A stretch of 64,000 nucleotides of DNA, from the NCBI GenBank assembly GCA_964035545.1, contig OZ037766.1, forward strand, positions 19,642,767 to 19,706,766. The letters are read 5' to 3'. Below the pieces are notes generated by a model. The model was not told where the DNA came from. It saw only the letters and a list, made by a program, of their open reading frames with translations, and ran no database searches. The stretch is from Bugula neritina (taxonomy: Eukaryota > Animalia > Bryozoa). Below, piece by piece: positions 13,246-28,200 of this stretch. The stretch's first letter is position 1; every line of letters starts with the position of its first letter. Position numbers and translations under genes: made by a program.

Positions 13246-16200
13246 ATGGAAACGATTATGGCTTCTGTTGTAGCAAGACTGTATGAAATTATTTACAGTA
13301 AAACTATACTAAACTTGGTACCAGTGGCTGCAACAATAAAGATGACCACTCAACAGGAGCAGATGAGCAAATGTGTTGTCTTGTGCCAAGAACATTTTGG
13401 AGGGGCGTGGAACAGAGTTTTGGGCGGCATGATTGATGCAACAGTTAAACCATTGAGGTGAGAATCTTTCTAGCAGCTAAAACTCACACCCTAAAAGTAA
13501 ATGTTGGTGGCGATCTACTTTTTATTTTGCTATAAGTCAACAAAATTATTAAGTATACTGGATTTTAAAGTATTAATTGAATTGCTTTTAGCTTAAATCA
13601 CTAAAAGATTTGTTTTCGAGTATGAAGTCTCTGGTTTTTATAAATACTCATTCTGATTCTGTAACCTACGCTAGCTTATTACTTTCTCTGTATTTCTTAA
13701 ACTGATCCTTATCACCACAATGTGTTTAAACATCTTTGGATTTAGAAACAGCTCTGTTCAAATGTCTAACTTTGAACTAATAAAAGTACGTCATTTTATA
13801 CATGGGAAAGCAATTCCAGTTAACAAATGCTGGATTTCTAATATACAGTTACATTATTCACCCAAGCTATACTTTGTTATGCAATATGTAATGCAATAAC
13901 TTGCTAAGTTATAAGATAAATGTAGGAGGTATATTTTTACATGATAATGTGCGCGGCCATGTACTTAAATAACTTTGTAATTTCTTTTTATTAATATTTT
14001 GTTCTGTAATAGTGGAGGTCTCAGTAACTACCTGTACATAGCTAGTCTACCAGATAACCTACAACTTGAAGGCAAGGAACCAAGGAAAGTTCTGCTGAGG
14101 TTTTATGGCACAGCTCAAGGAGATCACAGTACAATACTCAAAGACAGTCTTGTGTTTGCTCTTCTGGCAGATAGAGGCCTTGGACCAAAGTTTTATGGCT
14201 GTTTTGCCGGAGGCCGATTTGAGGAGTACATTCCTGTATGTAAACCATGACGCTTTATGTTGTTGTTCCTAATACATACATATATGTGATTTTTCGCTAA
14301 TTTTATGTTGATTTTGATCAAAATTATTAGCTTCAAGTTAAGTTCAAGAAACAGTGGTGCCATTGTTTGAGTCTAGAACAGAACTATGTTCAACATTACA
14401 GAATTAGTCAAGACTTGTGGGTGTGATTTTGAAGTTTTTGCTCCCCAAAGTTTACTTAAAACTTCTGTTTCAATCTCCTACCAATTTTATTTTTATTCTT
14501 GGAAATAATTCCATAAAAGGGTGATATTATATGATCAATTGAAGCGTAATCTGCATAACCCTGAGTTGAGTGTTAGTAGCCACACCAAACTCAGTTGTCA
14601 CTTATTTTGAGAGAGATTTTTAAAGGAAAACTTTAGGAATTTTATTAAAATCATTTTCTAAAAGAATGTTTGAAATAGTGAAATTAGAATTAAAATTTTG
14701 AAGGCAATAAAAGAAAAAAACCATGTAAATCGTACATTAGTGTTAGTTTTACCTTCAGCAATAGTGTATTGATTTCATTCCGGTCCATTTTTAAGCTAAG
14801 TTCTGATTTTTCTGCCCCTTTATGCTAGTAAATGTTTGCTTGGTATTGTTAAATGCAATTCTAATTTGTAATCAGTAAAACTAAATTGTTATTTTAAAAG
14901 CTTTTCTATAACAAACTCTTTTCTAAAAAGGTAATTTTGTAACTTGACATAAATAGTTTTAAAAATGTTTATCCACTTTTAATTATATTTGTTTCTAACA
15001 TAAAATGTTTAAAATCAATGCTGAGAACATTTTGTTGAACTCACTTATAGCTTATTGTAGACCAAAACAATATTGCAACTTTGACAGTCATGTTATTCAT
15101 TTAATCCAATTGTCTACGTTTGACAGCAAATTTTCTGTTATTATAGACAACCAGTTTAAAGACACATGAGCTTGCATACCCAACACATATGATGAAAATA
15201 GCAAGTGCCATGGCGAATTTCCATCTTCTAGATATGCCCTTGTGTAAAGAACCCAACTATCTCAGTGTTAAAATCACAAAGTAAGGGAAACAACTCTACT
15301 CTCCAATGCATATCATGTGTGATCAAACTTAGTTGACCCACCTAATTATGACTTCATACTCTCATTATACTCAGATGAAAGTTTAGTTTTGCTTAGCAGA
15401 CAAATAGTTTTGCTATATTGTAAAAGTAACTGGTCAGAACTATTGTCTTGCGCTGACTTACACAGCACATTAAATCTTTGAGACATGGTATATGAATGCA
15501 CTTCTAAACAAATTTATATAGCTGATTAGGCTATATGATCTGATTGTGAATGACTTTAATAACTCAAAAAATCTTCAATATGATATGGCAGTCTGTGTAC
15601 TTTGCCATAAACTTCCTGTTCAACTTTAGACATATTTTCCTAGTGCATAAAGACTGATTGTGTTGGAATGATTATTGCAGGTCGAGGAAAGAAGTTGACA
15701 AACATATGCAAGCTCTTAGGCAAAAGCCACTGTGGAAAGACATTACTAGTCTAAACTTGGACTTTGATAAAGAGTTGCATTGGCTGACGTAAGTAATGTT
15801 TATTACTAGTACTATATTGCCTAATACTATGTTATGTATACCAGCTTAATCAAAGTCTCGGTAAGTACACTATTACTCGTAGGATTGGCATTATTCCTGC
15901 AAAAACTAATTACTCATTAGGTATGTTTGTCAAAGTGATCTAATATAATGTTGTATAACTATAATTTATAGCTTCAATGCATTTAAATGTTAAACAAATT
16001 TCTAACTCAATAATGCACACTGCTGCTAGATTATCAGCCATCAAATTCTGTTGAACCCTACAATACATAATTCTATAGATTACTGAAGAATGTGACAACA
16101 TAATAATGACTCAATGCTAATGACCGTGATTAACTGCAGGCAGTCTGCTTTATGAATGCCAACATTCTTAGTAATCAAGTATTTTTTGCTTCCCACAAGA

Positions 16201-19200
16201 TACATTTAGATGGAAAAATTATCGTTTGTTCTTCTTTGAATCTGTAAAGCATAATAATTGTTTAATTTCAAATAAACTTAAATTACTGCCAAGACAAATT
16301 CTAGCTTAGCCATATCTAAAATTTATTTTATGAATTCAAATGAAACATAATGTGTATTAGTACTTCAAGAAAAACGGTTTCTTTTAGCTAAAAGCAGTTA
16401 CCTTGGATTAAATTTTCTAATAGAATCAGTCGTGTAAAACCAGTAATACTCTCACTTGATTTAGACTGGATCAAACCCTTTGAATCTCCACCACTGATGA
16501 ACTAGTGACTTGACTATTATATTTAATTATAAACTACATGATTTAAATATTTTATATAGTCACATAGTCATAGTTAGAAGTGTAACAGAATTTGGAAAAA
16601 ATTCTGTCAGACAGAAGACATAAGGATATTGATTGCAATTAACAAGATCACATTTGCAAGGTGTTCGTTTTAGTTATTAATCTAAAACTACTTTTGCAAA
16701 TGTGATTAAAATATGTTGGAGTCCATAAACCTATAAAATTTGTCAAAGTTGTAGAATAGTATTTGAAATAGGTTTAAAATGTGCTTGAACTAGTGCAAAG
16801 CTAGAAGCATAGTAATGGTGGAAGATACAGTAATTTGAAAATTTGGAAAAGCCTGTATTCTAAATAAAAATTATTACAACTGTAGTTGTGTTTTTGCAAA
16901 TTTTTCAACTCTAGTCTAAATCAATCTTGAAATAACAATCAAAAAGCTCAATCTATTGAAATTTCTTTGTTACTGCACCAAAATAGTAGTGCCAGGTTTA
17001 TGGACTTCCATATCACTGCAAGTATAACAATAATTTGGCCGGAAAGTCAATAAAATCAACTGTTACACTTCTAAAATCCTTCCCTGTATTCTGACTGGTG
17101 ACTCTTATTCCAGAACCTTTGGTTGAACATCGGTTGATGCAGGTTACACTCACTGTGTATCCAATCAAATGTCTCTAAGAATAACACCATCTCACCATGA
17201 TCGTCTGCCCTTATTGGTTGGGCCTTGGACAGCTTGCTGCTGTTCACTACAACGCAGTATATGAAGACAGATATGTGGATTGAAGGTCTGAAGATACTGA
17301 GTAGAAATCCCTGCATTCATCATGTTGATTTGTGTGTCAGTTTGTTGAACATTATTCAGAGCCTCTATTGGAAGTACCCAGCATACTAAATGTTGAAAAC
17401 TTCTAATGCTAAACATTGTTTTGTTTTGTCCTAGCTAGGAATTCTTGTAATTTTGATTCAATATTTTATTCACTAGTACACGTGTTATTAGAACAAGATA
17501 ATACTATAAGCTTAAAGGTATTTATTCATAGTGTTTCTTTTTACAGCAAAGTCTTTTCAAACTCAGACTCAAGTGTCCGTTTCTGTCACAATGATGTGCA
17601 AGAAGGTAGGCTTAGCATTCTTGTGAAAAAACTCTTTGGTTGATATTTGTTTAGAATGTAAACTATTGTACAAAAACTTTTCATGTAAAGAAGTTGACCT
17701 ATAATTTAACCAAGATTTGAAATTTACACAAAATTATAGTCCATTAAAGTATTTTTATTGCGTAGCAGTTCATATTTAAAGTTCCATATAAAAGATATAG
17801 ACAATATCTTGGTGAAATATTTGTAGTTCTTTATTGCTCCAGTATTTCTTAATGCATTTACTTGTGTCATATATAATAGTTATGTCTTACAACAGGGAAT
17901 ATATTGAGAGGTTCAGAGGCAGGAGAGCTATTGTTAATAGACTTTGAATATGCAGCATACAACTACAGGTATATGTTCTCTTGTATTTCACTCAAATAAC
18001 TATAACGTTCTTCTCAAATTGTCATCTTGTTTGAGTAATAAAATAGAAGCTTGTGTGAAAGTGTTCGGTACTCACTATTATATCAGCACTGAAAATGTTG
18101 TTCCTGTATATCAATATAAAATATGTAAAAATACTTCGATTAGGCTGAGCTCTCCTCTCTTTGTAATGTTGCTTAGATACATTCTGATGGAGCTAAATTT
18201 CTTTTTAGAGCTTTTGATGTTGCTAACCATTTCCTAGAATGGTGCTACTGCTATGATATCTCTGAACCTCCATATTTTACTCAGAAGCTTGAGAACTATC
18301 CAAAGATGGACCAGCAAGTTAGTGGGGAAACAGCCCAACATAGAGCTTTTATTGACTTAATTTACAAAGTGAAATTATAATTTTCTTTAATTATTTCTGT
18401 CTACTGTTTATGTTTATAGCACAGGTTGCCCATTAATTATTTAAAAGGAATGTTTGAAATTGAACAACTATAGTTTCTTTATATTTTCTAGAAAGTGTTT
18501 TTTCACCACTATCTGGAAGCCTGTGGCGTGGAACCCACCGAAGCTGAAATACAGAAATTATACTTGGAAACACAACTCTTTATACTGGGACCACATTTTG
18601 TATGGGCCTTCTGGAGTTTGGGTTCAGCCATCACATCTGATATGAATTTTGGTTATCTGGTAAGTGACAATGCAAATCTATACAAACTCCTTACTACTTC
18701 CCTAAATAACAAAAATGATTTGAAAATTACATAATTTACAAGGTAATATGAAGTTTTTGGCACATCGTATAACGATATGTATATATCAGTGCACCCTCGC
18801 CCACCACAGCAAACTAAGGAGGACTCCCAAGGCTGCGTGAACTGTTAAAAACTTAACACATATTAAGCAGGACTGGTGAAGTCTAGTAAGAATACCCTGA
18901 TAACATATTTTTATTCCATGTGAAATTTTCAAATGTTTATAGCTTGCAGCAGCCAGTACCTACAGCTAAGTATACCTAAAAGTTTACTTTGTGTAGGTAC
19001 TCCATGTATGTAGGTTAGAGTAGGCATATAAGAAGCTAGCAGCTTGATCATCCCATCTTGGGTTTATCTGGTGGAACCTTAACTCCAGACTACTTGTCTA
19101 TTGGGTACCCTGATATTCCACAGTATATTATTTGTACTATTCACCAACAGTCATCTTTGTATCCTGATATTCCACATTTGTACTATTTTTAGCAGGATCA

Positions 19201-19504
19201 TTGTTTTCCCATGATAACATACTGCGAAGCAATATTTTTTCTAAGCTGATGAGTTTGCAATATTACTTTAATTCATGAATAACCTGCTAATGACAGATCC
19301 CTTCTTTAAAACCTATTGCAAGGGATTTTCTGCTTTGTTGAAAATAATGTTATGTCAAAGAGTTACTTCTATATTAACAATGTGTTATCACAGGAATATG
19401 CCCTTGTGAGGCTTAAAGCTTACCAGGAGCAGAAGGAATTCTTACAGAAAGAGTATCCATTCCTGCTCCAAACAGATAAACACATGAAAGATGGTGAAAT
19501 ATAA
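13246..19504 (+). CDS. Choline/ethanolamine kinase (CHKA/CHKB family), 9 exons; 398 aa from ATG 13246 or 366 aa from ATG 13342
   Basis: Exons 13246-13457, 14013-14235, 15147-15280, 15681-15788, 17547-17605, 17896-17968, 18209-18317, 18492-18659, 19394-19504, all GT-AG and phase-consistent. Motifs: SGGLSN, VLLRFYG, GLGPKFYGCFAGGRFEEYIP, Brenner motif [50 protein letters not shown]. Start codon uncertain. Confidence 0.93.
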
Positions 19505-21323
19505 ATATTTTCAATAATAAAGGGATCAATGGCAATAAAAGTCTAGTAAAAATTATACTTATTAGGAATTTTTCTTTATTAAATGCAGCACATATTTGTA
19601 AGAACTGTTATTATATTGCTCAACCTTGTAAGCTTATTTTGCAACATTTTATTTCTTTTGTTTGAAATTTAAATTGTTTATCTATCTTCCATTTTCAATT
19701 TATCTACTGCATATTTAACAAACATAGTATATAAAACTGAGAAATTATTTTTTGGTCCTCATGTAATGGTCTGCATATAATAATGGCCTGGATAAAAGTA
19801 ATTACAAGTAAGTGTAAATAAAAGATGATGCAGTAATCTATGTATATACCTTTTCATTGTGAGCTATTAAACAATAAAGGATGTATCCCATTCAAACCGT
19901 ATAGATCTATGTTTTTAGACTATCTTTCTGTCTGCTTGAGTATTATGAATTACAGCATGCAGATTTTGTCAGTTGAGATTTGCATACAACTCCAAAATAA
20001 TATCATAGATTCTAGTAAAACAGCTACTGGCTTGAGAATTGGTGATAACAATAAAATAAAATCTTTCAAAGCCTGTTATGGACTCTGAAGGTGTTGGGGG
20101 GGGGGAGGAGGGGGCAGCACAATAATTGGTTGTGAAAGAACTAGACTTCGACCAGAGTAACAAGCCAATAAGTGTGTGTGTCAACTAGTGTCACAGAAAT
20201 CTGATTGATGAAGGTATCTGAAGTGCAACAGACTTCTTGATATAACCATATGGTTGAATTAATATAGCCTCATCCTTTGAAGGAAAGGTTGTTCAGCGGT
20301 GTTGTAGCAACATTTCTAACTTAAGTTTGTAGCTTCGGGTACTGTTTATAGAACTGTTCTAATTTTAAACCTACCACTTCGAATAGGCATTCTCTTAGTA
20401 TATGACCATTTTTATTAAGATTATCATTAGTCTTCATGCAAACTCTGGCAGTAGAAAAGGTAGAAAATTCTGTTGACTTTTAACCATTTGTAACCATGAA
20501 CTAGCTACAACTTGATATATCTAAATATGCGCAGCTAATTGGTGAATATTCTGAACTATTATTTTACACTGGTATAGTACAAAATAGTGTTAGATTTAAT
20601 TTAATTTAGAAAAGTTCACCATGTCGTATAGGAGGCTTTGAAAGCAGCTGCAACTGCATTATTGTTGAATTGCTGGCTGTGTTTACTGTAAAGGACAAAG
20701 TATAAAACAGTTAGACTATTCTGTTGCTCTTTATTGCTCATTATATTTATGATGTTGTATGTTAAGTTTCATTTATACAACTAAAGCAAAGTTGGACCTT
20801 ATAAGCAGATACAAACGAGCAGGGAGGTATATATTTAAAGTATGTAGCAATTGGTTTTAAATATTATCAAGTCTTTAATTTTGAATTAGGTTTAGAAATA
20901 GAAATTTTCACATTGCTCAAATTTCATATCTTGAATTCGAGTTCAATTAATTCCATGAATAGACAACTTCTAATAATGAATACAGAAGGATTTAAAATAA
21001 TTATGTGATAGGAGGGTTTTTAACTTACTTATAGTTATCTTCTCTTGCTATTACGTGTACAAAGAGTGCACAACTCTATTAAAGTATTACAGTTGTGTAG
21101 TATAAATGTAATGTAGGTGTGGCCTGCATGAATGTAACAAGCATTGAACCATATAAAATTGAATTACAACTTTAGTTCAGTTGTAACGAGTATGAGAGTG
21201 TGTTTGGAGTTAGGGACATAACTTACCCCACTAACAAAAAACTTTGATACAACGTTTTATAAACGTTGAAAAAAACATTTCGGACTCATACAACGTTTAG
21301 GAAAAATGTTTTTCTTAAGCCTA

Positions 21324-21656
21324 GGGCCACACGGTGCGTATTTTCGCATGCGAAAATTGAAATCACAAGTAGCAAAGGTGTCCACTGTGCGCGTTGAGAA
21401 AACCTTCGCACTTGTCGCTCTGCATTTTCAACGCAAGTGCGAATCGTCTCTGTCGTCGTCACCTAATTGGCTGGTAGCTATTCAGCGAGCCCAATTTCTT
21501 TATTTAGTGCTATATTCCAGTAAATTGCGTTTTATTGAAAGCGAGTGCGATTTAAAAATGAAAGCTTTATTTATCACGCATCACTGACGCTACAGTGGAC
21601 ACCTTTGCTACCCGTGATTTTAATTTTCGCATGCGAAAATACGCACAGTGTGGCCC
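21324..21656. mobile_element. Non-autonomous DNA transposon (MITE) with ~70-bp TIRs and TA flanks
   Basis: GGGCCACACGGTGCGTATTTTCGCATGCGAAAATT... at the left end and its near-perfect reverse complement ...AATTTTCGCATGCGAAAATACGCACAGTGTGGCCC at the right end; TA on both sides. Confidence 0.9.
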
Positions 21657-21706
21657 TAGGCTAACTTTTCATGAACAAATGATAGGAATGTTGCCATAAC
21701 GTTGCA

Positions 21707-21851
<145 letters not shown>

Positions 21852-24351
21852 TTAATGCATTCTTTGTTTAAAGCAATTTTTATACAAGACCAAAATATCT
21901 AACTCACTAAAAACTTGTACATTTAAACTTTAACGTCACTCAATTATTGGGCCTCATGCATCCTATTACTTTTTGAATGTACTTTATATTCTTTCTTGAA
22001 TGTTGTAGATAAACTGTAGTCTACATACCGTGGTGGAGCAGATATAATAATTTATAATTGCATCAACCTGCTGCAGCAGCCATCTTACTGGAAGTCTCAG
22101 GCAAACCTCAGCATCGCCGAAGCCATATTTTAGTGAGCTGGCAGAGTATCTCAGAAACATAACTTGTGAAGTACAGAAGTAAAAATTAACATAAAAGAAC
22201 AGTATATGTACAATCCTGCATCCTACCGAGAATATAGCTTTTTTTAAGAATTTTCCCGAGAATAATGGTAATATATATCAATACTTTAGTTTAATCACTT
22301 ATGACATAATTTATAGAAATTCTGCTTCTAACTTCATTGTAAAATATTCCCCACAGTCCTTTCAAGCTTTATAGTAATGAGGCTATTTGACATTTCTATT
22401 ATTTACATTAGTAAATAGTTTCAGTCTTGATGTCAGTCTTAATGAGGATGCAACTGTTTTGACACTTCTTTCTTCATCAATAAAATAAGAATTTTCTATG
22501 TAGAAAACTATTTCTATTTACCTGGTAAATTATTTTGCAAGACTATGATGGAGTTTGACCTCGTAAATTATTTTGCAAAGCCTGATGAAGTTTGAATTTC
22601 TTCTCCACTACTTTACTAAAACTTTTAAGCTATACATATATATTCAAATCATTAGTTCCAATCATAATCACTATTACTATTAGCATATCACTCTGTAAGT
22701 ACATCAAGTTGCTGCTCAGTATCTGCTCTGCAAAATATAAAGTACTGTGTATTTCCTGATCTGACAATATATTGTAGCTTAAAGCACTTCTTCTGGTATC
22801 AATTAACTAAATATGCTTTGCAGTTTTCTCCGTAGCTAAAATCGATGGAATGAATATCATTCGAGCGTCTTAACTTTGTTTCTTGTTTTATGCGTAAAAA
22901 CGATATAAATTCACACATAAAAAGTACGTATAAGCATTATTTGATAATCTTTGTCTATTTTGCTGCATTAACAACAAGATGAAAACTTTGCTTCAAGTTT
23001 ACTTCAACACTTTGAAATGTTACATGCAGACTAGTTTAGCATAAGTATACAAGTAGGCAAAGTAAATTGTTTTTGTTGAAATGGCATAATATACTTTGGA
23101 AACAGAATAAATAGAATATATATAAATAGAATAACAAAAGTGGCAACATTTTCACTTTATAACTTATATAAACTCGCGGCACAGTACGCGGCATAACGAT
23201 GTCTCTATGATTTCCTAAAGTCGCCACTCTGAATAGATCTCGCTAATAAGACGCATAGCGTCATATTTTCTTCTAAGTTAAGATAACGTTGCGAAGTGCG
23301 GGTTAGGTACCTCTTTGTCCTGATCCAGTGTAGACCTTTTGAGAGACTAAGGCTTGTTTCCTGACGACAAAATGTAAACATAACAAGAATGCTAATAGTA
23401 AAACTCTAAAAGTAATACTAATCTTATTGCTTATTACTATTAGTATTAGTATTATAGAGTATTTTACTGATATTTTAAACTGAAACATGAGTTAAACCAA
23501 CGCAAAATATAACATTATTCACTACTATTAAGGAAGAACAATAATAAATTCCAATTATCAAGTAGCAAATACCTTTACTGTAAGTCACTAACTCTTAGTC
23601 TAAGTGTAGGTTGTCGCGTTCGTAGACTCAGACTGAGACTTACCTTAGAGTTAGACTTAGAGTGATACTCATACTCATAGACATGGTCATACTGATAGAC
23701 AATCACAATGACATATGCAATAGTCAGTGAATAGGGAAATTGGGTTAATTATTATATTTATGATTGTTATGTTTATTGATTATTTGTTATTTCTTTACAT
23801 TTAGTCATTGTCAAGTAATTATCTATAACTATAAGACTAAGGATAGTACTAATAATAATAGTAAGTCACCAAATGGCTAATTTACTAATCAATATTTACA
23901 TTCATACCAAATAGTCCTATAAATTGTAACTCAATTAATTGATATTGCTATGTCCATATTCATATCAATATATTGATTATTATTGACCATTGCCGTCACA
24001 TTAAATAACATTTATTATAATTATGAATTACTATTATCATTATAATTATTCTGATTATGCTATATCTTAAAATATTTATTTTTGAGTAGCTAGTTAAATA
24101 CCATTGCCATTTTTTAACTCTAAAATTAATTGTGTTGCTATTGTGATAAACTTGTGGGTCGAATGAAACTTAAGTGCTGACATATCTCTTCGTAAGAAAA
24201 AACAAGATGGATGGTATTCTTCAGTAGTAGCAATATTTATTTGTAGCATAAAGTAGTGGTCTTCAGCAGGCAAGCTCCAGTGGTAGACTGAACTACACTG
24301 GAACTTGCTTGCTTTTATATACATGGAACAAAGAAACGATTCTTTTGTTGT

Positions 24352-24441
24352 TCGAAATGCCAACTTCGGCATTTCAGGAGTCCGGAATGCCGATCTTTGG
24401 CACTTCGGCATTTTGGGAGTTCAAAATGCCAATTTCGGGCA
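24352..24441. repeat. CpG-rich imperfect tandem/inverted repeat (AATGCC...TTCGGCATTT units)
   Basis: Three degenerate units, each with a self-complementary AAATGCC/GGCATTT pair, in otherwise AT-rich DNA. Probably a TE fragment. Confidence 0.55.
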
Positions 24442-25016
24442 ACAAAATTTAGTACAAGAAAATCATTACATAACTTCAAATTCATATTCAGTGCAATTAC
24501 ATTATGCTGAAAGCTTTAACAACAATCACAATACTTAGTTAGGCATTAGAAAGCTACCTTACTTAGGTATAAAATTACAGCATTCAAAACGATACGCATC
24601 AAGTAATTACAATACTGACGCACACAGTTACTAGGGGATGGAAATCTATTACACTATCACTATTAGTATAGCTAGTCTGTAGCTGTAAGTATATAACTAT
24701 TATATCTATACATAATATAATAATATAGTAAATGTAATACGCTTGTCAATTTGCTTGACTACAAATCACAATAATAAATATAATGCTATTTATAACTCAC
24801 TTTTTTCATTAAACTCAACAATAAATTTTACATAAATCTGTTAAGCAGTTACAACTAATGACATTGATCTTACTATTTCTTATTATTTATTTTAAAATCA
24901 CGATGAATATAAAATATAAGCGTCAACAGTGTAAATTTGATTAAAACGCTTTACCCATGTTAACATTGAATATTTGGATACTAGTATTTATATTAATAAT
25001 AATAAGCTGTGACTGT

Positions 25017-25110
25017 TGTTGGATTGTTGAACAGGAAGTGAAGTTTTATTTGGTTTGCTACAAACTCCAAAGTATAATTATATCGGTAATAATAGTAAAG
25101 TAATAAAACA
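25017..25110 (-). repeat. 3' LTR (94 bp)
   Basis: Direct-repeat partner of 29264-29375. Immediately preceded on the - strand by polypurine tract AAGAGAGAGA (25111-25120). Confidence 0.92.
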
Positions 25111-25289
25111 TCTCTCTCTTTAGATTTTGTACAAAAAGTTAACAGTAGTATAATGAACTGATGTGGAAAGAAACTTATTCGTGTAACATAGTGAGAATAC
25201 AAACAGTGAACAAAAAAAATGTTTACATAAAGCATGATACAACAAAACAAAAACTTTGAATTGCTTGGTATAGGTGCCAGTGAAGCAAA

Positions 25290-28200
25290 TGGCCGGGTTA
25301 GGGAGAATATCGCTCTGGTGCTTTGACTACGCGTTCGGAACTAGTTGTACGGCGAGCGACGTTGATTGGGTTATTGTCCGTATTGTCACTGACGTTCACT
25401 GGAGGTAATTAGCTGGTGTTAGCATTTGCTTCTTTGATAGCTAGAAGTAACTGGCGTCTGTTGCGTCTAAATGTGTGTTTAAATGTACGTTCAGTTTTCT
25501 TGTTGAGTACGATGTATGATCTGGGTGTGCTGGCGTTTCCAACTACCTTGTACGTCTGTTCACTCCAGTGATTATCTTTTCAAACTCGTATAAGGGTTGT
25601 TGGTGTCAGTTGACTAAGTGGCTCTTGGAGAGCTGTTTGGTTGTGATGGGTTTGGGCTGCCAGCTTGGCATGTAGGTCGCTCTCAAGCAGCTTGTCGTGG
25701 TTGACGATAGTTGCTGGTGCTCGCTTGGGTAGATCAGTAGGCACATCGGTTCCTAGCATTACCTCGTTAGGGCTATATCCGGTAACTGTTTTTCAGCATC
25801 TGTATAACATCAGAGCCATTGCGGGTTCGTCTTGAGACAGTAGTTTCTTGGTGGTCTGTACGGCACGCTCGGTGGCACCGTTGGATTGTGGATAGTATGG
25901 ACTGCTGGTTATGTGTTCTATACCACAGTCACCAATAAACTTTGTGAACTCCTGACTGCTAAATGGAGGTCCATTGTCGCTAAGTAAACGGAGAGATATT
26001 CCCCATCTGGCGAAGATTGATTTGCTTTTCTGAATGATGATATTAGTTGTCGTACTGTGTGTGCGTACGATTTCCAAATATCTACTATACAGATCGACAA
26101 TGACTAACTACTTGGCACCTTTGTGTTCTAGCAAATCTGTAGCGATGGTGTGCCATGTACTCTCGGATATCTCATGTGTTATCATCGGTTATTTACGGTT
26201 CGCAGGCCTATTCTTGTTGCATTATTCACATGCGGAAATGTGAGTGTTAATGTCTCGGTTTATGCTGGGCCACCAAACTGATAGTGCTGCGCGAGATTTA
26301 CATTTCTCAGCACCCCAATGGCCTTGGTGTATTGCTGTTAGAATGTCTGGTTGTAACGTTTCCGGTATGACAATTCTGTTGTTGTATAGTAGCATATTTT
26401 CGGCGACGGATAGATTGAAGCAAACGTGATAGCAGAGAAGAAGCGGTTCTGGTACATCCTTGACATATCTTGGCCAACCCTCTATGGTGTATACTACAGC
26501 TCTTCGTATTTCTGTTATTTCTCTGATTCGATTGTTCGATATGGGAATGTTGGTCCTTGCAGAGGTAAAATGTGATTCAACCTCTTCTGTGAACTTATGG
26601 TCGGATTCACAGCGGGTGTTAGGCAACCGGGATAAGGTGTCTGGTACTGTCCTTTGTACACCTGGTACATATTTGGTTATAGGGTTGTAGCGCATTAATC
26701 TCATCAGTAGGCGTTGACAACGAGGGGATGCACTGTTTATATTGTTTCCATTAATCATCGGTACTAGAGGCGAATGGTCGGTTGACAGCTCGAACTTGTT
26801 CAGGCCACGGAGGTATTGGTCAAATTTTTCACAGCCCCATACAAATGCGAGTAGCTCTTTCTCTATGTTAGAGTAGTTCTTCTCTGTGTCATTGAGTGTG
26901 CGTGATGCAAACGGTATGCATTTGCCCTCCTGCTTTAGCATTGCTCCGATACAATTCTGCGATGCATTTGCGTGAAGACATGTAGGTGCGTTTTTGTCAT
27001 AGTATCTCAGTCCTGGAGATTGTTTGAGCTGGGCTATAATGTTCGCGACTGCCTCCTCCTGATAGCTTTCCTACACCCATTGTGTATCTTTTTCAGTAGG
27101 TGATTGAGCGGGCTTGCAAGTTCTGCTAGGTGTGGAATGTAGCGTTGCATGTAGTTCACCATGCCTAGGAAGCGTCATAGTGATGGTATATCTGTCGGTC
27201 TGTTTAAGGCTTTGATGGCTTGCATCTTGTCGGGGTCTGGCTGAGTTCCTTTAGAGTCGAACATGTGACCCAAGAATCTCACGCTGGCTTGTCTGTATTT
27301 ACACTTTTCATCGTTGAGCTGCAAGCCATGTTCAGCAATTTTCTTCAGTGCGATCTGTAGCCTGTTGTCATGTTCTTTGATGTTTGGTCCATACACCAGA
27401 ATATCATCTTGGTATACTACAATGCGTTCGCAACCTTGCAGTATTGCTTCCATTTTTCTTTGGAAAATCTCGCTGGCACTGGTGATGCCAAACAGCAGGC
27501 GATTGAAACAGAATCGGCCACGGTGAGTTATAAAGGTAGTATATAGACTAGAGTCCTCATCTAACGCTATTTGGTGATAACCACTACGGGCATCTAGAGT
27601 TGAGAAGGCAGTTGCCCCGTTGAACTTAGAGGTTAATTCTTCGAACGACAGAATAGGGTATGGTTCTCTCAGCACTGCACGATTAACAGCACGTAGGTCG
27701 ATGCAAAGCCTAACTTGACCAGATTTCTTTTCGATGGGCACTAGCGTCAAACACCATTCAGTGGGTTGCGACTGGCCTGATTATGCCCTCATTTAGCATG
27801 CAATCTATTTCCTTGTCCACTTTTTCTAACATAGGGAACGAGATACGGTTTGCAGTTTTGATGCACGTTGGTTCTACGTCGTCACGAAGCTTAATTACTG
27901 CTGGGCTTCCTCCGACCATGGCTAACTTGTCGCTTGTCTTGGCGCCTAGGATGGCCATTTGTTTTACTGCCCCTCTAGATAAAAGATTAGAATGACAATT
28001 GGCAACATGACAATTCATATTATATGCATTATCACAATAAAAAGTGTTAAAGACAAAATAACCATGTACAGTAACATTGGAATTTACAGATTTGAGAGTG
28101 ATATTGGTTTTATTCAGTAGAGGTTTATCAGGCAATAAATCATAGCTCTTTTTTGACAATACTGTTGCGTCTGCCCCAGTGTCTACTTTAAATTGTACAT

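Noticed and set aside
17071-17416. Overlapping minus-strand ORFs in choline kinase intron 4
   Set aside because: No motif or splice support in the frames examined; probably an old insertion.
20096-20114. G-run (possible G-quadruplex)
   Set aside because: Isolated homopolymer with no supporting context.
22060-22180. Possible minus-strand first exon (AAGATGGCTGCTGCAGCAG|GT)
   Set aside because: Weak donor and no downstream exons found.
22521-22596. 38-bp imperfect tandem duplication
   Set aside because: Only two copies; ordinary local duplication.
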